DNA of 64,000 nt from Dehalococcoidia bacterium (GCA_965249675.1 OZ252250.1:644731-708730); one strand, 5' to 3'. Shown: positions 9,927 to 21,476, numbered from the stretch's first letter. The notes: generated by a model from the letters alone, not told the origin. Program-made: numbers and translations.

Positions 9927-11108
9927 CTACCGCTCCTGCCGCGCGGGCGCGATCCGGGTCTCACGCAGCCTCGGACCGACCTCACCGGCGATCCGGCGCC
10001 AGCGGTCGGTGGCGGCACGCTGAACCTGGTCGAAGGTCGGGACAGCCTCGACCATCGCCCCGCACAACGCCACGAGATGCTCCAGATCGCCGAGGTCAAT
10101 CGTCTCCGCGCGCACCCGCCCTCTGGGGCCGGCGTTGTGCCAGTTGCCGAGTGCGAGACAGGCGGCACCGGTCTCGTAGCCGAGGAGATCGAAGGCGGTC
10201 GCCTCGGTCGTGCCGGCGTCCATCAGCTTCCGCTGGTACCGGAAGTCGGGATCGGTCTCGCTCAGCGCGGCCGCGATCCCGGTCATCCAGCCGGTCATGG
10301 CGGGTGAGAAGATGTGACCGCGATCACCGACGCGGATGATCCCGCCGCCCCCGGACCGGGCGCGACCGCCAGCGCTCGATGAGGTCTCAATTGCCACGAC
10401 CAGGGCATCGTGCGGCAATGTGCCGGCATCGGCAGCGGCTGCCGCACCCTCCAGACCGACCTCTTCAGCACGGGTAAAGAGGCCGATCAGATCGCCATCG
10501 CCTGCCCGAGCGCAGAGGCGATCGAGCACTGCGAGCACCGTCACGCAGCCCGCCAGGTCATCACACTGCCGCGCATAGACCCGGCTCCCGCGGATTCGGC
10601 AGCGGTCGACATCCCAGAGTGCCAGGTCGCCCGGGGCGATCTCCTCCCCTTCAGTTTCGAGCACCGCGCGCGCCCCGAGGATACGAGCCGGCCCGGACCC
10701 TGCAGCCGTCGAGGAGATGACCCGGGTCACCCTCGCCCGTCCGCTCGCCTCTGGCGAGCCTGGTCGATAAATGCGGAGTCGTTCACCATCTCCGTAGGCG
10801 GCCGAGAGCCCGCCCCGGAATTCGAGTGTGAGCTCCGGGCCCCGCACCTCGGTCACGACGAAGCCGGGGTGGTCGGTGTGCGCCTGCAGCACCAGCGGTC
10901 GCCGCTGCTCGCCCGCCCGATAGCGAACCGTGACGTTTCCGAAGTCGTCCTCGGCCGTCTCGAGTCCGCGAGCGCCCGCGAACCTCCGGACAAACTCGAG
11001 CACCTGATGTTCGTGATGAGGAGCGGTCGGGATCGGCAGCACCTCGCGCAGGAGGTCAGGCAGGGGCACCGGATGGTGGGGCGGCGTCTGATCTGTCGGC
11101 TCGTTCAT
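9927..11108 (-). CDS. M42 family metallopeptidase (glutamyl aminopeptidase/FrvX-like)
   Basis: LQAHTDHPGFVV and the DD(L/I)AG / VGLEGAAAAA motifs typical of the M42 family. 393 aa. Confidence 0.85.
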   Translation of the reverse strand: MNEPTDQTPPHHPVPLPDLLREVLPIPTAPHHEHQVLEFVRRFAGARGLETAEDDFGNVTVRYRAGEQRRPLVLQAHTDHPGFVVTEVRGPELTLEFRGGLSAAYGDGERLRIYRPGSPEASGRARVTRVISSTAAGSGPARILGARAVLETEGEEIAPGDLALWDVDRCRIRGSRVYARQCDDLAGCVTVLAVLDRLCARAGDGDLIGLFTRAEEVGLEGAAAAADAGTLPHDALVVAIETSSSAGGRARSGGGGIIRVGDRGHIFSPAMTGWMTGIAAALSETDPDFRYQRKLMDAGTTEATAFDLLGYETGAACLALGNWHNAGPRGRVRAETIDLGDLEHLVALCGAMVEAVPTFDQVQRAATDRWRRIAGEVGPRLRETRIAPARQER

Positions 11109-11203
11109 CTTCCCCTCACGCGGCTCTGGTCAATGCTATCGGAGCGGACGGCGCCACCGAGTCGAATATCGACCGAAGGGCACCCTCCCTGTAGCGTCGG
11201 GGG

Positions 11204-12508
11204 ATGCAGACATCCCCTCAGACGGTCAGGCTGCCTGCCCCCCGGGTTCCAGAACCGATCCCCAGGCGACGGCACCGCAAGGACCGACACCTCCATAACC
11301 GCCCGCTCGTGCCTATCGAGCTTGAGCTCACGGGCTTCGCGGCCGGTGGGCGAGCGATCGGCCATGCCCTGGACGGCCGGGTGGTCTTCGTCGAGTACGG
11401 CATCCCGGGCGAGCGGGTCGTCGCCGAGATCACGTGGGATGGCCCGAGCTTCATCGAGGCGACAGCCGTCCTCGTGCTGAGATCCGCCGCGGCACGGGTC
11501 GACGCACCGTGCGGCTACTTCGGACGGTGCGGCGGCTGCCAGCTGCAGCACATCGACTACCCGGAGCAGCTGCGCCTGAAGACCGAGATCGTGCGCGATC
11601 AGCTGATGCGGCTCGGCGGCTTCGCCGAGGACGAGGTCCGATCGCTCGTGCTCGGAATGATCGGCATGGACGACCCGTGGCACTACCGCAACCACATGCG
11701 CTTCACGGTCCGCCGCGATGGACAGGTCGGCTTCATGCAGCGCGGTAGCCACCGCTTCCTGCGGATCGACAAATGCGAGATCGCCGGGGATCGGGCCAAT
11801 GAGCTGCTCGGTGCCGTGCAGGACCGTACGATGCAGACGGCCCAGATCTCGATCCGCGTCGGCGAGCACGCAGACGACTTCCTGATCCAGCCCCACCTCA
11901 AGTGGCGGCCGCGGGCCACCGGCGCTCGCCCCTCAAGCGGTCAGCGGTCCTATCACGAGGAGCTTGGGGGTCACCGCTACCGCATCTCTTCAGCAGCCTT
12001 CTTCCAGGTCAACACTCGCCAGGCAGAGCAGCTCGTGCGGCTCGTCGTCGAGCGGGTGCTCGAGGCTCGCCCGGACGTAGTGATCGATGCCTACTCCGGC
12101 GTCGGGACCTTCGCAGCGCAGCTCGCACCAGAAGTCACGCGTCTCCTCACGATCGAGCTCTCGGCGGCGGCCGATGGTGATGCTGCGGTCAACCTTGCCG
12201 CGTTCGACAACATCGAGCGCCTCGAGGGGACGGTCGAACGTCTGCTCCCCGATCTACGCTCCGGCGACGTCGTGATCATCGACCCGCCACGCTCAGGCCT
12301 CGAGCAGGTCACGGTCGAAGCGATACTGAGCTCCAGAGCCAGGCGCGTCGTCTACATCTCCTGTGACCCGGGGACGCTGGCTCGAGACCTGCGCCTCTTC
12401 CGAGCCGGAGGTCTTGCGATCGTCGACATCCAACCGCTCGACATGTTCCCGCACACCCAGCACATCGAGTGCATCACCACCCTCGATCGACCGACGGGCG
12501 CGGCTTAG
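11204..12508 (+). CDS. 23S rRNA (uracil-5)-methyltransferase RumA/RlmD-like (TRAM + 4Fe-4S + class I SAM MTase)
   Basis: TRAM domain (GRAIGHALDGRVVFVEYGIPGERVVAEI), Fe-S cysteines (CGYFGRCGGCQLQH), SAM-binding (DAYSGVGTF), and C-terminal catalytic Cys region (YISCDPGTLARD). The true start may be internal (GTG/TTG). Confidence 0.8.
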   Translation: MQTSPQTVRLPAPRVPEPIPRRRHRKDRHLHNRPLVPIELELTGFAAGGRAIGHALDGRVVFVEYGIPGERVVAEITWDGPSFIEATAVLVLRSAAARVDAPCGYFGRCGGCQLQHIDYPEQLRLKTEIVRDQLMRLGGFAEDEVRSLVLGMIGMDDPWHYRNHMRFTVRRDGQVGFMQRGSHRFLRIDKCEIAGDRANELLGAVQDRTMQTAQISIRVGEHADDFLIQPHLKWRPRATGARPSSGQRSYHEELGGHRYRISSAAFFQVNTRQAEQLVRLVVERVLEARPDVVIDAYSGVGTFAAQLAPEVTRLLTIELSAAADGDAAVNLAAFDNIERLEGTVERLLPDLRSGDVVIIDPPRSGLEQVTVEAILSSRARRVVYISCDPGTLARDLRLFRAGGLAIVDIQPLDMFPHTQHIECITTLDRPTGAA

Positions 12509-12556
12509 TCGCAGGTCGCATTCCGAGATCGGGCGCGATTTGGAATGAGGTCCGAT

Positions 12557-13258
12557 ATGAGCGAGCCAATCATCAGTGTCGACGGCCTGGTCAAGACCTA
12601 CGAGAGCGGCGAGGTCGTGGTCCAGGCGCTCCGCGGAGTAGACCTCCGTGTCGAGCGCGGCGAGATGGTCGCGATCATGGGGCCCTCGGGCTGCGGCAAG
12701 ACGACCCTGCTCAACTGCGTCTCCGGCATCGATGATGCGACGGCCGGACAGGTCGTGATCGAGGGGTCCGACCTCGACGACCTCGACGACAACTCGAAGA
12801 CGAGCTACCGCGCCCGGCGCATGGGATTCATCTTCCAGTTCTACAACCTGCTTCCGGTCCTGAGTGCCGTCGAGAACGTCGAGCTGCCGCTGCTCGTCTC
12901 CGGCTCACCACAGGCTGAGGCCAGGGAGCGAGCAGCCGCGGCGCTTGAGCGCATGGGCCTCGCGGACTGGGCCTCACACAAGCCGGCGCAGCTCTCAGGT
13001 GGACAGCGCCAGCGCGTCACCATCGCTCGTGCTCTCGTCAACAACCCGGCGATCGTCTGGGCCGACGAGCCGACCGGCGACCTCGACACGGCAACGGCCG
13101 ACAGCATCATGGCGCTGATGCAGGAACTCAACCGAGAGCAGCACCAGACCTTCGTGATCGTCACCCACGACCCGTCGATCGCTGCCCGCTGCCACCGCAC
13201 CATCCACATGGTCGACGGCCTGATCGAGCGCGAGGAAGTGATGGCGACCGGTGGATAG
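12557..13258 (+). CDS. ABC transporter ATP-binding protein (MacB/LolD-like)
   Basis: Walker [10 protein letters not shown], signature [15 protein letters not shown], Walker [14 protein letters not shown]-loop. Overlaps the permease start by 8 nt. Confidence 0.9.
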   Translation: MSEPIISVDGLVKTYESGEVVVQALRGVDLRVERGEMVAIMGPSGCGKTTLLNCVSGIDDATAGQVVIEGSDLDDLDDNSKTSYRARRMGFIFQFYNLLPVLSAVENVELPLLVSGSPQAEARERAAAALERMGLADWASHKPAQLSGGQRQRVTIARALVNNPAIVWADEPTGDLDTATADSIMALMQELNREQHQTFVIVTHDPSIAARCHRTIHMVDGLIEREEVMATGG

Positions 13259-16200
13259 CCTCTTCGGAGTCCCGATCAACTCGATCATGATCGGGCTCCT
13301 CGTGCTGATGAGCATCTCCTTCGCCGTGCTTGGCTGGATCGCCTACCGACAGCCACTGCTGGTGCGGATGGGGTTCCGAAACATCCGCCGCCGCGTCTCC
13401 CAGACGATCCTGATCGTGGTTGGAATGATGCTCGCGACCCTCATCATCAGCGCCGCGTTCGCCACCGGGGACACCGTCGGCTACTCCGTCACGAACTCCA
13501 TCTACGAGCAGTTCGAGGAGGCCGACTTCGTCATCGTCCTCGATGACGATGACGCAGCGAACCGCCCTGAGGACTTCAGCGAGATCGCATTCCTCGAGGA
13601 CCTCCAGGCCACGTTCTCAGATGACCCGGGCATCGATGGCATCACCGGCTCGGTCGGGCGAACGTTGCCGGTCCTCAACCTCGCGGCTCGTCTCTCTGAG
13701 CCCTCGGCTCTGGTCGTTGGACTCGAACCGGAGACAGCCGACGAGTTCGGGGGCCTGCGCTCGCTCGACGGCAGTCCAGCCATGACCGCCGCGCTCTCCG
13801 GCGACGCCGCCTACATCACCGAGAACCTGTCCGAGGAGATCGACGCTGCTCCCGGCTCGACCGTGACCGTCTTCTTCGAGGGCGAGAGCATCGATGTTCA
13901 GGTCTTGGACGTGGTCCGCGATAGCGCAGTAACCAGCCAGAACGGCACCAGCACCGGCGGACTGGTCCTGCACATCGACAGTGCCCGGGCGCTCTTCGGC
14001 GAGGAGGACTCGGTCGACGCGATCGTCATCTCTGCGACCGGTGGCGTTCGCGACACGCTAGAGATCAGCGATGAGGTCCAGGGCCGCCTCGAGACGTTCC
14101 TGGAGGCACGGCCCGAGTCGGGCGCTGAGATCGCCGTCACGAAGAAGGAATTCGTCAGCCTCGGCGAGCTGATCGGTTCGCTCTTCGTCACGATCTTCCT
14201 GATCTTCGGCCTGTTCTCGATCTCGGCCGGGATCCTCTTGATCTTCCTGATTTTCATCATGCTGGCCGCCGAGCGACGGTCGGAGATGGGAATGGCTCGG
14301 GCCGTCGGCATGAGCCGGCTGAATCTGACGCAGACCTACATCGCTGAGGGCATGGCCTACAACATCGGGGCGGCGCTGGTGGGGGCGCTGCTCGGGCTCG
14401 GAGTCTCATGGCTTCTGATCCAGATCCTCGGGCAGGCGCTGAACGACCCGTCCATCGGCTTCGCCATCGCGTTCCACGCCAGTCCGCAGCCGTTCGTGAT
14501 CGCCTACGCCAGCGGGATCACCATCACCTTCGCCACGATCGCCTTCTCAGCGTGGCGCGCCGCCAATCTCAACATCGTGCGGGCAATCCGAGACCTCCCG
14601 GAACCACAGCCGCTGAGCAGTCGCAATGCATCGTGGTCCGAACTCCTGCGGGCTACGGCCGGGGCCCTCTGGCTCGTGGCCTGGATCGCGCTGCTGACCC
14701 TACTCGTCACTCTCGGCCTGGCCCAGGGGGTGTTCCTGCTGACCCTCTTCTACGGCCTGCCGCTACTCGCCATCGTGCCCATCGGGTTCTTCTACGTGTC
14801 TGGGATGAGAGACGCTGCAGCCAGCAGACGGCGCTGGCTGTTCTGGCTCTGGCTCGTCTTGCTGCTACCCCTTTCCCTTCCCTCCTTCGGCCTCCTCAAG
14901 GCGAAGGGCTGGGCGGACCGGCACCGCAGCGGGGGCGGCTGGGCGGTCGTGATGCTCCTGCTCGGAACCGCCCTGACGTACTTCGGCGGCTGGCAATGGG
15001 GTCAGGCCTTCGCCTACGCCAGTGGCATCTCGCTGGTCGTGCTGGCTGCGGGGATGCTCGCCGTCTACTGGGGTGTCAGTGCCAACCGCTCGCTCTCGAT
15101 CGCCAGCCTCGCCCTCGTCTGGTTCTGGCTGCTCCCGCTGCCGTTCTCGCTCCTCTGGGAGGGCGGCAAGGGCTGGATCGACCCGATCGACGGGTTACTC
15201 TCGCCGTTCGGGTTGGGGCCTCGTGAGATCGCCGGGAACATCGAGATGTTCTTCGTCTCCGGGGTCTGCATCACGACCGCGGCGACGATCGCGGTCGTCT
15301 TCAACTCGGAGTTCATCCTCGGCCTGGCCTCACGCTGCGGGCGCTTCATGGGGGGCGTGGCGCCGGCAATCCGAACCGCGATCGCCTACCCACTGGCCGC
15401 CAAGTTCCGCACCGGCCTGACCATCGCCATGTTCGGCCTGATCGTCTTCAGCCTGGTCGTGATGGCGTTCCTCAACTACAACTTCTCCCAGCTCTTCATC
15501 GGGGCGGAGGCGGCCGCCGGGTTCGACGTCGTCGCGTCCGGAAACCCGTCCAACCGCATCTCCGACCTCGAAACGGAGCTCCGCACCGCGGGCTACGATG
15601 TCGACCGGAACCTGAGCGGTATCGGCAAGGTCGTCAGTAGCTTCCCCGAGTTCCGCGAGGTGGGCACAGATGGCCCCTCCGGTGGGTTCCCGCTGCGCGG
15701 TGGGAACCAGGAGTTCTTCAGCCTTGCAGAGATGCCGCTGCAACAGCGCGCGCAGGGATACCCATCCGACGAGGCCGTGATGGCAGCCCTTGCCGCCGAT
15801 CCAACGCTCGTCATCGCCAGCGCGGAGATCCTGGGGAGCGACGATCCGTTCGGTGACGACGACCAGTTCCGGGTGGGCCTGCCGCCCGACGACCCGGCGC
15901 GCGAGGTCGGATTCGAGCCGGTCGGGTTGATCGCGCAGGACCCGTCCAGCGGCGAGACGCAGGAGCTCTCGCTGATCGGCGTCTTCGAGCCCCAGGTGAG
16001 CGGAATCCTGCTGGGGCTGATCGGCATCTTCGGCCAGGAGCAGACCGCGGAAGCACTCCCCGGCGGGAGCTCGAGCGAGCGCTACTACATCCGCGCCGTC
16101 GACCGCTCGAAATCGTCGGAGATCCAGACCGCCCGCGCGATTGAGTCGACTCTTCTTGAGCGGGGGATCGAGGCGTACTCGATCGAGCAGGACATCGACG

Positions 16201-16625
16201 CTGCGGCCGAACAGTCCACGAGCTTCCAGCTGCTCTTCGAGGGCTTCATGGGTCTCGGGTTGATCGTCGGTATCGCCGCACTGGGCGTGATCGCCTTCCG
16301 CACGGTCGTCGAGCGCCGCCAGCAGATCGGTATGCTCCGTGCGATCGGTTACTCAAAGCGGCTCGTCGCCACCTCCTTCTTCTTCGAGTCGAGCTTCATC
16401 GCCCTGACCGGCGTCGTGATGGGCGTGGTCCTTGGCTCAGCCCTCTCCTACAACCTCCTCACCAGCCCCGAATTCACGGGGGGCACCGAGCTCGACTTCC
16501 AGGTTCCCTGGGTTCGTCTCGCACTGATCGTCGGCATCGCCTATGTCGCCAGCGCCCTGACGACGATCTGGCCGGCGAGAAGCGCCGCCTCAGTCGCTGC
16601 TGCTGAGGCGCTCCGCTACGAGTAA
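13251..16625 (+). CDS. ABC transporter permease with two FtsX domains (MacB-like, 1124 aa)
   Basis: N-terminal MacB_PCD-like region and two FtsX-like 4-TM blocks. Highly hydrophobic. Overlapping start suggests translational coupling to the ATPase. Confidence 0.85.
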   Translation: MDSLFGVPINSIMIGLLVLMSISFAVLGWIAYRQPLLVRMGFRNIRRRVSQTILIVVGMMLATLIISAAFATGDTVGYSVTNSIYEQFEEADFVIVLDDDDAANRPEDFSEIAFLEDLQATFSDDPGIDGITGSVGRTLPVLNLAARLSEPSALVVGLEPETADEFGGLRSLDGSPAMTAALSGDAAYITENLSEEIDAAPGSTVTVFFEGESIDVQVLDVVRDSAVTSQNGTSTGGLVLHIDSARALFGEEDSVDAIVISATGGVRDTLEISDEVQGRLETFLEARPESGAEIAVTKKEFVSLGELIGSLFVTIFLIFGLFSISAGILLIFLIFIMLAAERRSEMGMARAVGMSRLNLTQTYIAEGMAYNIGAALVGALLGLGVSWLLIQILGQALNDPSIGFAIAFHASPQPFVIAYASGITITFATIAFSAWRAANLNIVRAIRDLPEPQPLSSRNASWSELLRATAGALWLVAWIALLTLLVTLGLAQGVFLLTLFYGLPLLAIVPIGFFYVSGMRDAAASRRRWLFWLWLVLLLPLSLPSFGLLKAKGWADRHRSGGGWAVVMLLLGTALTYFGGWQWGQAFAYASGISLVVLAAGMLAVYWGVSANRSLSIASLALVWFWLLPLPFSLLWEGGKGWIDPIDGLLSPFGLGPREIAGNIEMFFVSGVCITTAATIAVVFNSEFILGLASRCGRFMGGVAPAIRTAIAYPLAAKFRTGLTIAMFGLIVFSLVVMAFLNYNFSQLFIGAEAAAGFDVVASGNPSNRISDLETELRTAGYDVDRNLSGIGKVVSSFPEFREVGTDGPSGGFPLRGGNQEFFSLAEMPLQQRAQGYPSDEAVMAALAADPTLVIASAEILGSDDPFGDDDQFRVGLPPDDPAREVGFEPVGLIAQDPSSGETQELSLIGVFEPQVSGILLGLIGIFGQEQTAEALPGGSSSERYYIRAVDRSKSSEIQTARAIESTLLERGIEAYSIEQDIDAAAEQSTSFQLLFEGFMGLGLIVGIAALGVIAFRTVVERRQQIGMLRAIGYSKRLVATSFFFESSFIALTGVVMGVVLGSALSYNLLTSPEFTGGTELDFQVPWVRLALIVGIAYVASALTTIWPARSAASVAAAEALRYE

Positions 16626-16799
16626 CCACGGCGGTCGGGGTCGTTGGCGGGTAGCGCACTGACAGCGGGCCGTGAGATCGCCAGCGCGACCCGCTGTTCT
16701 GGCAGTGGGTGGCGGGGACCGTCTACCGCGATCGCGGCAGTCGCCTCTGGGCGCGCCTGAGCTCGGCTCGTCGTGCGGCTGGGTGCGGTTGGGTGGTCG

Positions 16800-19700
16800 C
16801 TAGCGGGCTGCCGCCGCCTGCTCCCGTAGCTGGCGTACCGCGCGCAGATGACGCTCGGTCACCGTCATCGCGCCGCCTTCGGTGACGGCGAACTTGGGCG
16901 CCACCTTCCAGAACTGCGGCAGGCGGCGGCGCCAATCGGAGAGCAACTCCGTCGCTCGGGGCGACCCGGTCTCCTCCTGGTGACGGCGGACCAGCGCCTC
17001 GAGCAGCTCGATGTCCTCTGGAACCGTCACCTGCTCAAGGCCCACCAGCTCCTGGTTGACGCGCGAGCGGAAGTCCCCGCGCTCGTCCAGCACGAAGGCC
17101 ACGCCGTTGGACATTCCGGCGCCGAAGTTGCGGCCGGTCTCGCCGAGGATCACGACTACACCGTCGGTCATGTACTCACAACCGTGGTCGCCGATCCCCT
17201 CGACGACGGCGAGCGCTCCTGAGTTTCGGACGCCGAAGCGTTCGCCGGCGCGTCCGGCAACGAAGAGGCTGCCGCCGGTCGCCCCGTAGAGCACCGTGTT
17301 GCCGACCAGTACCGTCTCGTGTGTTCGGGTCGGCTGCAACGGGTGGGGGCGGACCATGATCGCGCCGCCGCTCATCCCCTTCGCCACGTAGTCATTGGCC
17401 TGACCCGTCAGGTGCAGGCGGACGCCGCGCGTCAGGAAGGCGCCGAACGACTGACCGGCCGTGCCGTCGAAGTTGATGTTGATCGTCCCGAAGGGCAGGC
17501 CGGTGTCACCGTAGCGCAGGGCGATGCGCCCGGACAGACGCGCGCCCACGGTTCGGTTGGTATTGCGAATCGGATAGCGCCGCTGCACCGGGATGCGATG
17601 CTCGATCGCGTCCTGGACATCCTCGATGATCTGCTCGTCGAGCACGACATCCTCATGGCGGTCGTTGCGGGTCGAGAGCGCCATGTGGGGTTTCGACCGC
17701 TCGGGATCAATGGGGGTGACAAGGCGCGTCAGGTCGATCTGGTCGGATCGCTGACCGCCGCGCACCGGACGCTGGCGAAGCAGGTCGGATCGACCAATCA
17801 GCTCGTCGATCGAGCGGTACCCCAGCTCGGCGAGCGTCGTGCGGACCTCGTCTGCGACGTGAACGAAAAACGAGATCAGCATCTCCGGCGTGCCGAAGTA
17901 CTTCTCCCGGAGGTCCGCACGCTGGGTCGCCACGCCTACCGGACAGGTGTTGAGGTGGCACTGGCGGGCCATCTTGCAGCCGACGGCGAGCATCGCCGTC
18001 GTGCCGAAGCCGTACTGCTCGGCCCCGAGCATCGCAGCCATCACGACGTCGCGGCCGCGCTTGAAGCCACCGTCGGTCCGGACCGTCACCCGACCGCGCA
18101 GGTTGTTGTTGACCAGCACTTCTTGGGTCTCGACGAGGCCGAGCTCCCAGGGTGAGCCTGCGTACTTCATCGAAGAGAGTGGCGACGCGCCGGTCCCACC
18201 CTCGGCACCGCTGATCTGGACGACGTCGGCGTAGGCCTTGGCGACGCCTGCAGCGATCGTCCCGACGCCCTCGCAGGAGACCAGCTTTACGCAGACGCGC
18301 GCCTCCGGGTTGACCATCTTGAGGTCGTAGATCAGCTGCGAGAGGTCCTCGATCGAGTAGATATCGTGGTGTGGCGGCGGTGAGATCAGAGGCGTGCCGG
18401 GCATCACGTGACGGAGCTCGGCAATGTATGAGTTGACCTTGAAGCCGGGGAGCTGTCCGCCCTCGCCGGGTTTCGACCCTTGCGAGATCTTGATCTCGAG
18501 CTCGGACGCAGCGGCGAGATAGGAGGTGGTCACACCGAAGCGACCCGACGCCACCTGCTTGACCTGCGAGTTGGCGTCGAGCTTGTCGCCGTCGGGCAGG
18601 TAACGCCTCGGATCCTCCCCGCCCTCACCGGTGTTCGATCGAGCTCCGAGCTGGTTCATCGCGCGGGCGATGTCCTCGTGGGCCTCCGGGCTGAGCGCGC
18701 CCAGCGACATCGCACCGGTCTGGAATCGCTTCGTGATCTCGTCTGCGGGCTCGACCTCTTCCAGCGGGATCGGTGGGCGATCGGGAGCGAATTCGAGGAG
18801 GTCGTGGGGAGAGGCCGGAGGTGCCTGCTCGAGGATGTCGAGATACTGCCGGTACTCGGCACCACTGCCGCCCTGCACCGTGCGGTGGAGGGCGCGCCAC
18901 ATCTTCGGCGAGTGACCGTGGTGGTCGGCGTTGCGGCGGAACTTGTACCAGCCGCCGCTCGGCAGGTCGCCTGCCTCGGGGAAGGCGCGCGCGTGGCGCT
19001 CGAGCACATCGTGAGCGATGTCCTGCCAGTCGATGCCACTGATGCGAGAGGTGGTACCGGCGAAGCAGCGTTCGATCACATCTCGGCCGACCCCGACCGC
19101 TTCGAAGATCTGGCCGCCGTGGTAGGAGGAGACGGCCGAGATGCCCATCTTCGACATGATCTTGAGGATCCCGGTATCGACGGCCTGGTAGTAACGGCGG
19201 AAGACCTCCTGCAGGGAGGCCTCCCCGAACTCGCCACGCTCAACCAGTCCACGCAGCAGATCGAAGGCCAGGTAGGGGATCACCGCGCTGGCGCCAAAAC
19301 CGATCAGTGCGGCGAAGTGGTGGACGTCCCTGGCGTCGCCGGTCTCGGCGATAATGCTGGCACGCATTCGTTTGCCAGTCTGGATCAGGTGGTGATGGAC
19401 CGCCCCGACCGCCATCAGCATCGGGATCGGCGCCCAGTCGCTGTCCACGAGTCGATCGCTCACCACCAGGATCGAGTGCCCCTCGTCGACCGAGAGGACA
19501 GCCGCCTCGCAGAGATCATCGATCGCCTGCTGCAGACCGGCGGCACCCTCCGCGGCGGGGAACCTCGCGTGCAGGGTTGCCACCCGGAAGTCGTCGATGC
19601 CCAGCCGGCGCAGCGCCGTCAGCTCCTCACCCATCATCAGCGGACTGGTCAGGTGGACCAGGCGCGCCGCCTCCGGCGCAGTCTCCAGCACCGAGCACCG

Positions 19701-21476
19701 ACGACCGAGGTACATGTCCAGCGACATCACGATCTCTTCGCGGATCGAGTCGATCGCCGGATTGGTGACCTGGGCGAACCGCTGCTTGAAGTAGGTGTAG
19801 AGCAGCCGCCCTTCGTTCTGCAGTGCCGAGAGAGGCGTATCGTCACCCATCGACCCGACCGGCTCCTTGCCGTCTCGCGCCATCGGCTTGATCACCGTCT
19901 CGATCTCTTCCCGCGTGTAGCCGTGGAGCTGCTCCATCGCCAGGATGTCGGACACGGGCGCGCCCCCGCGCATACCACTGCGGTCGTCCGCCATCAGGTG
20001 GACGAGGTTGCGGTCGACCCACTGGGCATAGGGCTGTGCTTCGACGAGCTCTCGTGCGATCTCCTCTGTGTGCAGGAAGCGTCCGCGCTCGTTGTCGATC
20101 GCGATCATCTCGCCCGGACCGAGTCGTCCGGACTCCACGATCTCGTGGAAGGGTGTATCGACGAGGCCGACCTCGGAGCCCATGATCACGAGGCCGTCGC
20201 TGGTCACCTGGTAGCGGGCCGGACGCAGCCCGTTCCGGTCCATCACGGCCGCCGTCACGCGCCCGTCAGTAAAGGCGACGGCTGCCGGCCCGTCCCACGG
20301 CTCCATCAGCGTTGCGTGATATTCGTAGAAGGAGCGCAACGCCGGGTCGATGTTCGGCATGTTCTCCCACGCCTCGGGGATCAACATGCGCATCGAGTGG
20401 AGGAGTCCGCGCCCGGACTGCACGAGCAACTCGAGCGCCTCATCGAGTGAGGCGGTGTCCGATCCGATGGGCGAGATCACCGGGAGCAGCGCCTCGAGCT
20501 CGTCCCCCCAGAGCTCGGAGGTGAGATCGGCCTCGCGCGCCGTCATCCAGTTGCGGTTCCCGACGAGCGTGTTGATCTCCCCGTTGTGGGCGACGTAGCG
20601 GAATGGCTGTGCGATCTTCCACTGCGGCAGGGTGTTCGTCGCGTAGCGCTGGTGGAAGAGCGCGGTGCTGGACACCGTCCTCGGGTCGGCCAAGTCAGGA
20701 AAAAATATCGCCACGCGGGGGGCGACCATGAGACCCTTGTAGACGACCGTCCGGGCCGACATCGAAACGATGTAGCCGTCGAGCCGGCGTTCGCGGAAGG
20801 TGCGCTCGGCCCGCCTCCTCGCGAGGTAGAGCAGGCGCTCGAATCGGGCATCATCGAGACCCGGTGGCCTGCGCACCAGCAGCTGTTCGATCCCCGGGAG
20901 CGAGGCGAGGCTCTGCGGCCCGAGTTGGCTCGGATCGTGTGGCACCGGGCGCCAGCCGATCAGGCCGATGCCGAGTGCGCGCACCTGCTCCTCTAGCGCC
21001 TGCCGTGCCGCTGGCCGGTCCGCCTCGAGCGGGGGCAGGAAGACCATCGCCACGGCGAGGTCGGCGGGATCTGAGATCGGGTGGCCGAGGCGCTCACATT
21101 CCGGCGCCAGCAACTCAAAGGGCACCTCCACCGTGATGCCGGTGCCGTCTCCGGTGAGCGGGTCGGCGTTGACGGCCCCGCGATGGGTGAGCGAGATCAC
21201 CGCCTCGACGGCCAGCGCCACCACACGGTGTGATCGCTGGCCGGAGATGCTGGCAATGAAGCCCGTGCCGCAGGCGTCGTGACCGGGCCCAGGCGGCGCA
21301 AGCAGACCACCAGCCTCGGGGTTCAACGGGGAAACCGGGCCCGCGAGGGGCCGGCTCAGGTCATCAGCCACGGCAGACCATTTCCATCCACGGACGAACG
21401 CGCAGTCCGCAGGGGGCCGATCATCGTAATCGATCGGCGGCGCGGGCGTTATCCCCCATATTGCGCGAGTTGTCAC
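16800..21476 (-). CDS. gltB: Glutamate synthase large subunit (GltB/Fd-GOGAT-like, ~1500 aa)
   Basis: N-terminal Ntn amidotransferase with catalytic Cys (ACGTGFIAS), FMN domain, and C-terminal GXGXG domains. About 70 codons of open frame precede the catalytic Cys, so the true start is uncertain. No gltD is adjacent. Confidence 0.9.
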   Translation of the reverse strand: MTTRAIWGITPAPPIDYDDRPPADCAFVRGWKWSAVADDLSRPLAGPVSPLNPEAGGLLAPPGPGHDACGTGFIASISGQRSHRVVALAVEAVISLTHRGAVNADPLTGDGTGITVEVPFELLAPECERLGHPISDPADLAVAMVFLPPLEADRPAARQALEEQVRALGIGLIGWRPVPHDPSQLGPQSLASLPGIEQLLVRRPPGLDDARFERLLYLARRRAERTFRERRLDGYIVSMSARTVVYKGLMVAPRVAIFFPDLADPRTVSSTALFHQRYATNTLPQWKIAQPFRYVAHNGEINTLVGNRNWMTAREADLTSELWGDELEALLPVISPIGSDTASLDEALELLVQSGRGLLHSMRMLIPEAWENMPNIDPALRSFYEYHATLMEPWDGPAAVAFTDGRVTAAVMDRNGLRPARYQVTSDGLVIMGSEVGLVDTPFHEIVESGRLGPGEMIAIDNERGRFLHTEEIARELVEAQPYAQWVDRNLVHLMADDRSGMRGGAPVSDILAMEQLHGYTREEIETVIKPMARDGKEPVGSMGDDTPLSALQNEGRLLYTYFKQRFAQVTNPAIDSIREEIVMSLDMYLGRRCSVLETAPEAARLVHLTSPLMMGEELTALRRLGIDDFRVATLHARFPAAEGAAGLQQAIDDLCEAAVLSVDEGHSILVVSDRLVDSDWAPIPMLMAVGAVHHHLIQTGKRMRASIIAETGDARDVHHFAALIGFGASAVIPYLAFDLLRGLVERGEFGEASLQEVFRRYYQAVDTGILKIMSKMGISAVSSYHGGQIFEAVGVGRDVIERCFAGTTSRISGIDWQDIAHDVLERHARAFPEAGDLPSGGWYKFRRNADHHGHSPKMWRALHRTVQGGSGAEYRQYLDILEQAPPASPHDLLEFAPDRPPIPLEEVEPADEITKRFQTGAMSLGALSPEAHEDIARAMNQLGARSNTGEGGEDPRRYLPDGDKLDANSQVKQVASGRFGVTTSYLAAASELEIKISQGSKPGEGGQLPGFKVNSYIAELRHVMPGTPLISPPPHHDIYSIEDLSQLIYDLKMVNPEARVCVKLVSCEGVGTIAAGVAKAYADVVQISGAEGGTGASPLSSMKYAGSPWELGLVETQEVLVNNNLRGRVTVRTDGGFKRGRDVVMAAMLGAEQYGFGTTAMLAVGCKMARQCHLNTCPVGVATQRADLREKYFGTPEMLISFFVHVADEVRTTLAELGYRSIDELIGRSDLLRQRPVRGGQRSDQIDLTRLVTPIDPERSKPHMALSTRNDRHEDVVLDEQIIEDVQDAIEHRIPVQRRYPIRNTNRTVGARLSGRIALRYGDTGLPFGTININFDGTAGQSFGAFLTRGVRLHLTGQANDYVAKGMSGGAIMVRPHPLQPTRTHETVLVGNTVLYGATGGSLFVAGRAGERFGVRNSGALAVVEGIGDHGCEYMTDGVVVILGETGRNFGAGMSNGVAFVLDERGDFRSRVNQELVGLEQVTVPEDIELLEALVRRHQEETGSPRATELLSDWRRRLPQFWKVAPKFAVTEGGAMTVTERHLRAVRQLREQAAAAR

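Noticed and set aside
18480-20450. 656-aa plus-strand ORF inside gltB
   Set aside because: Lies entirely antisense to the glutamate synthase coding region. Junk-like composition.
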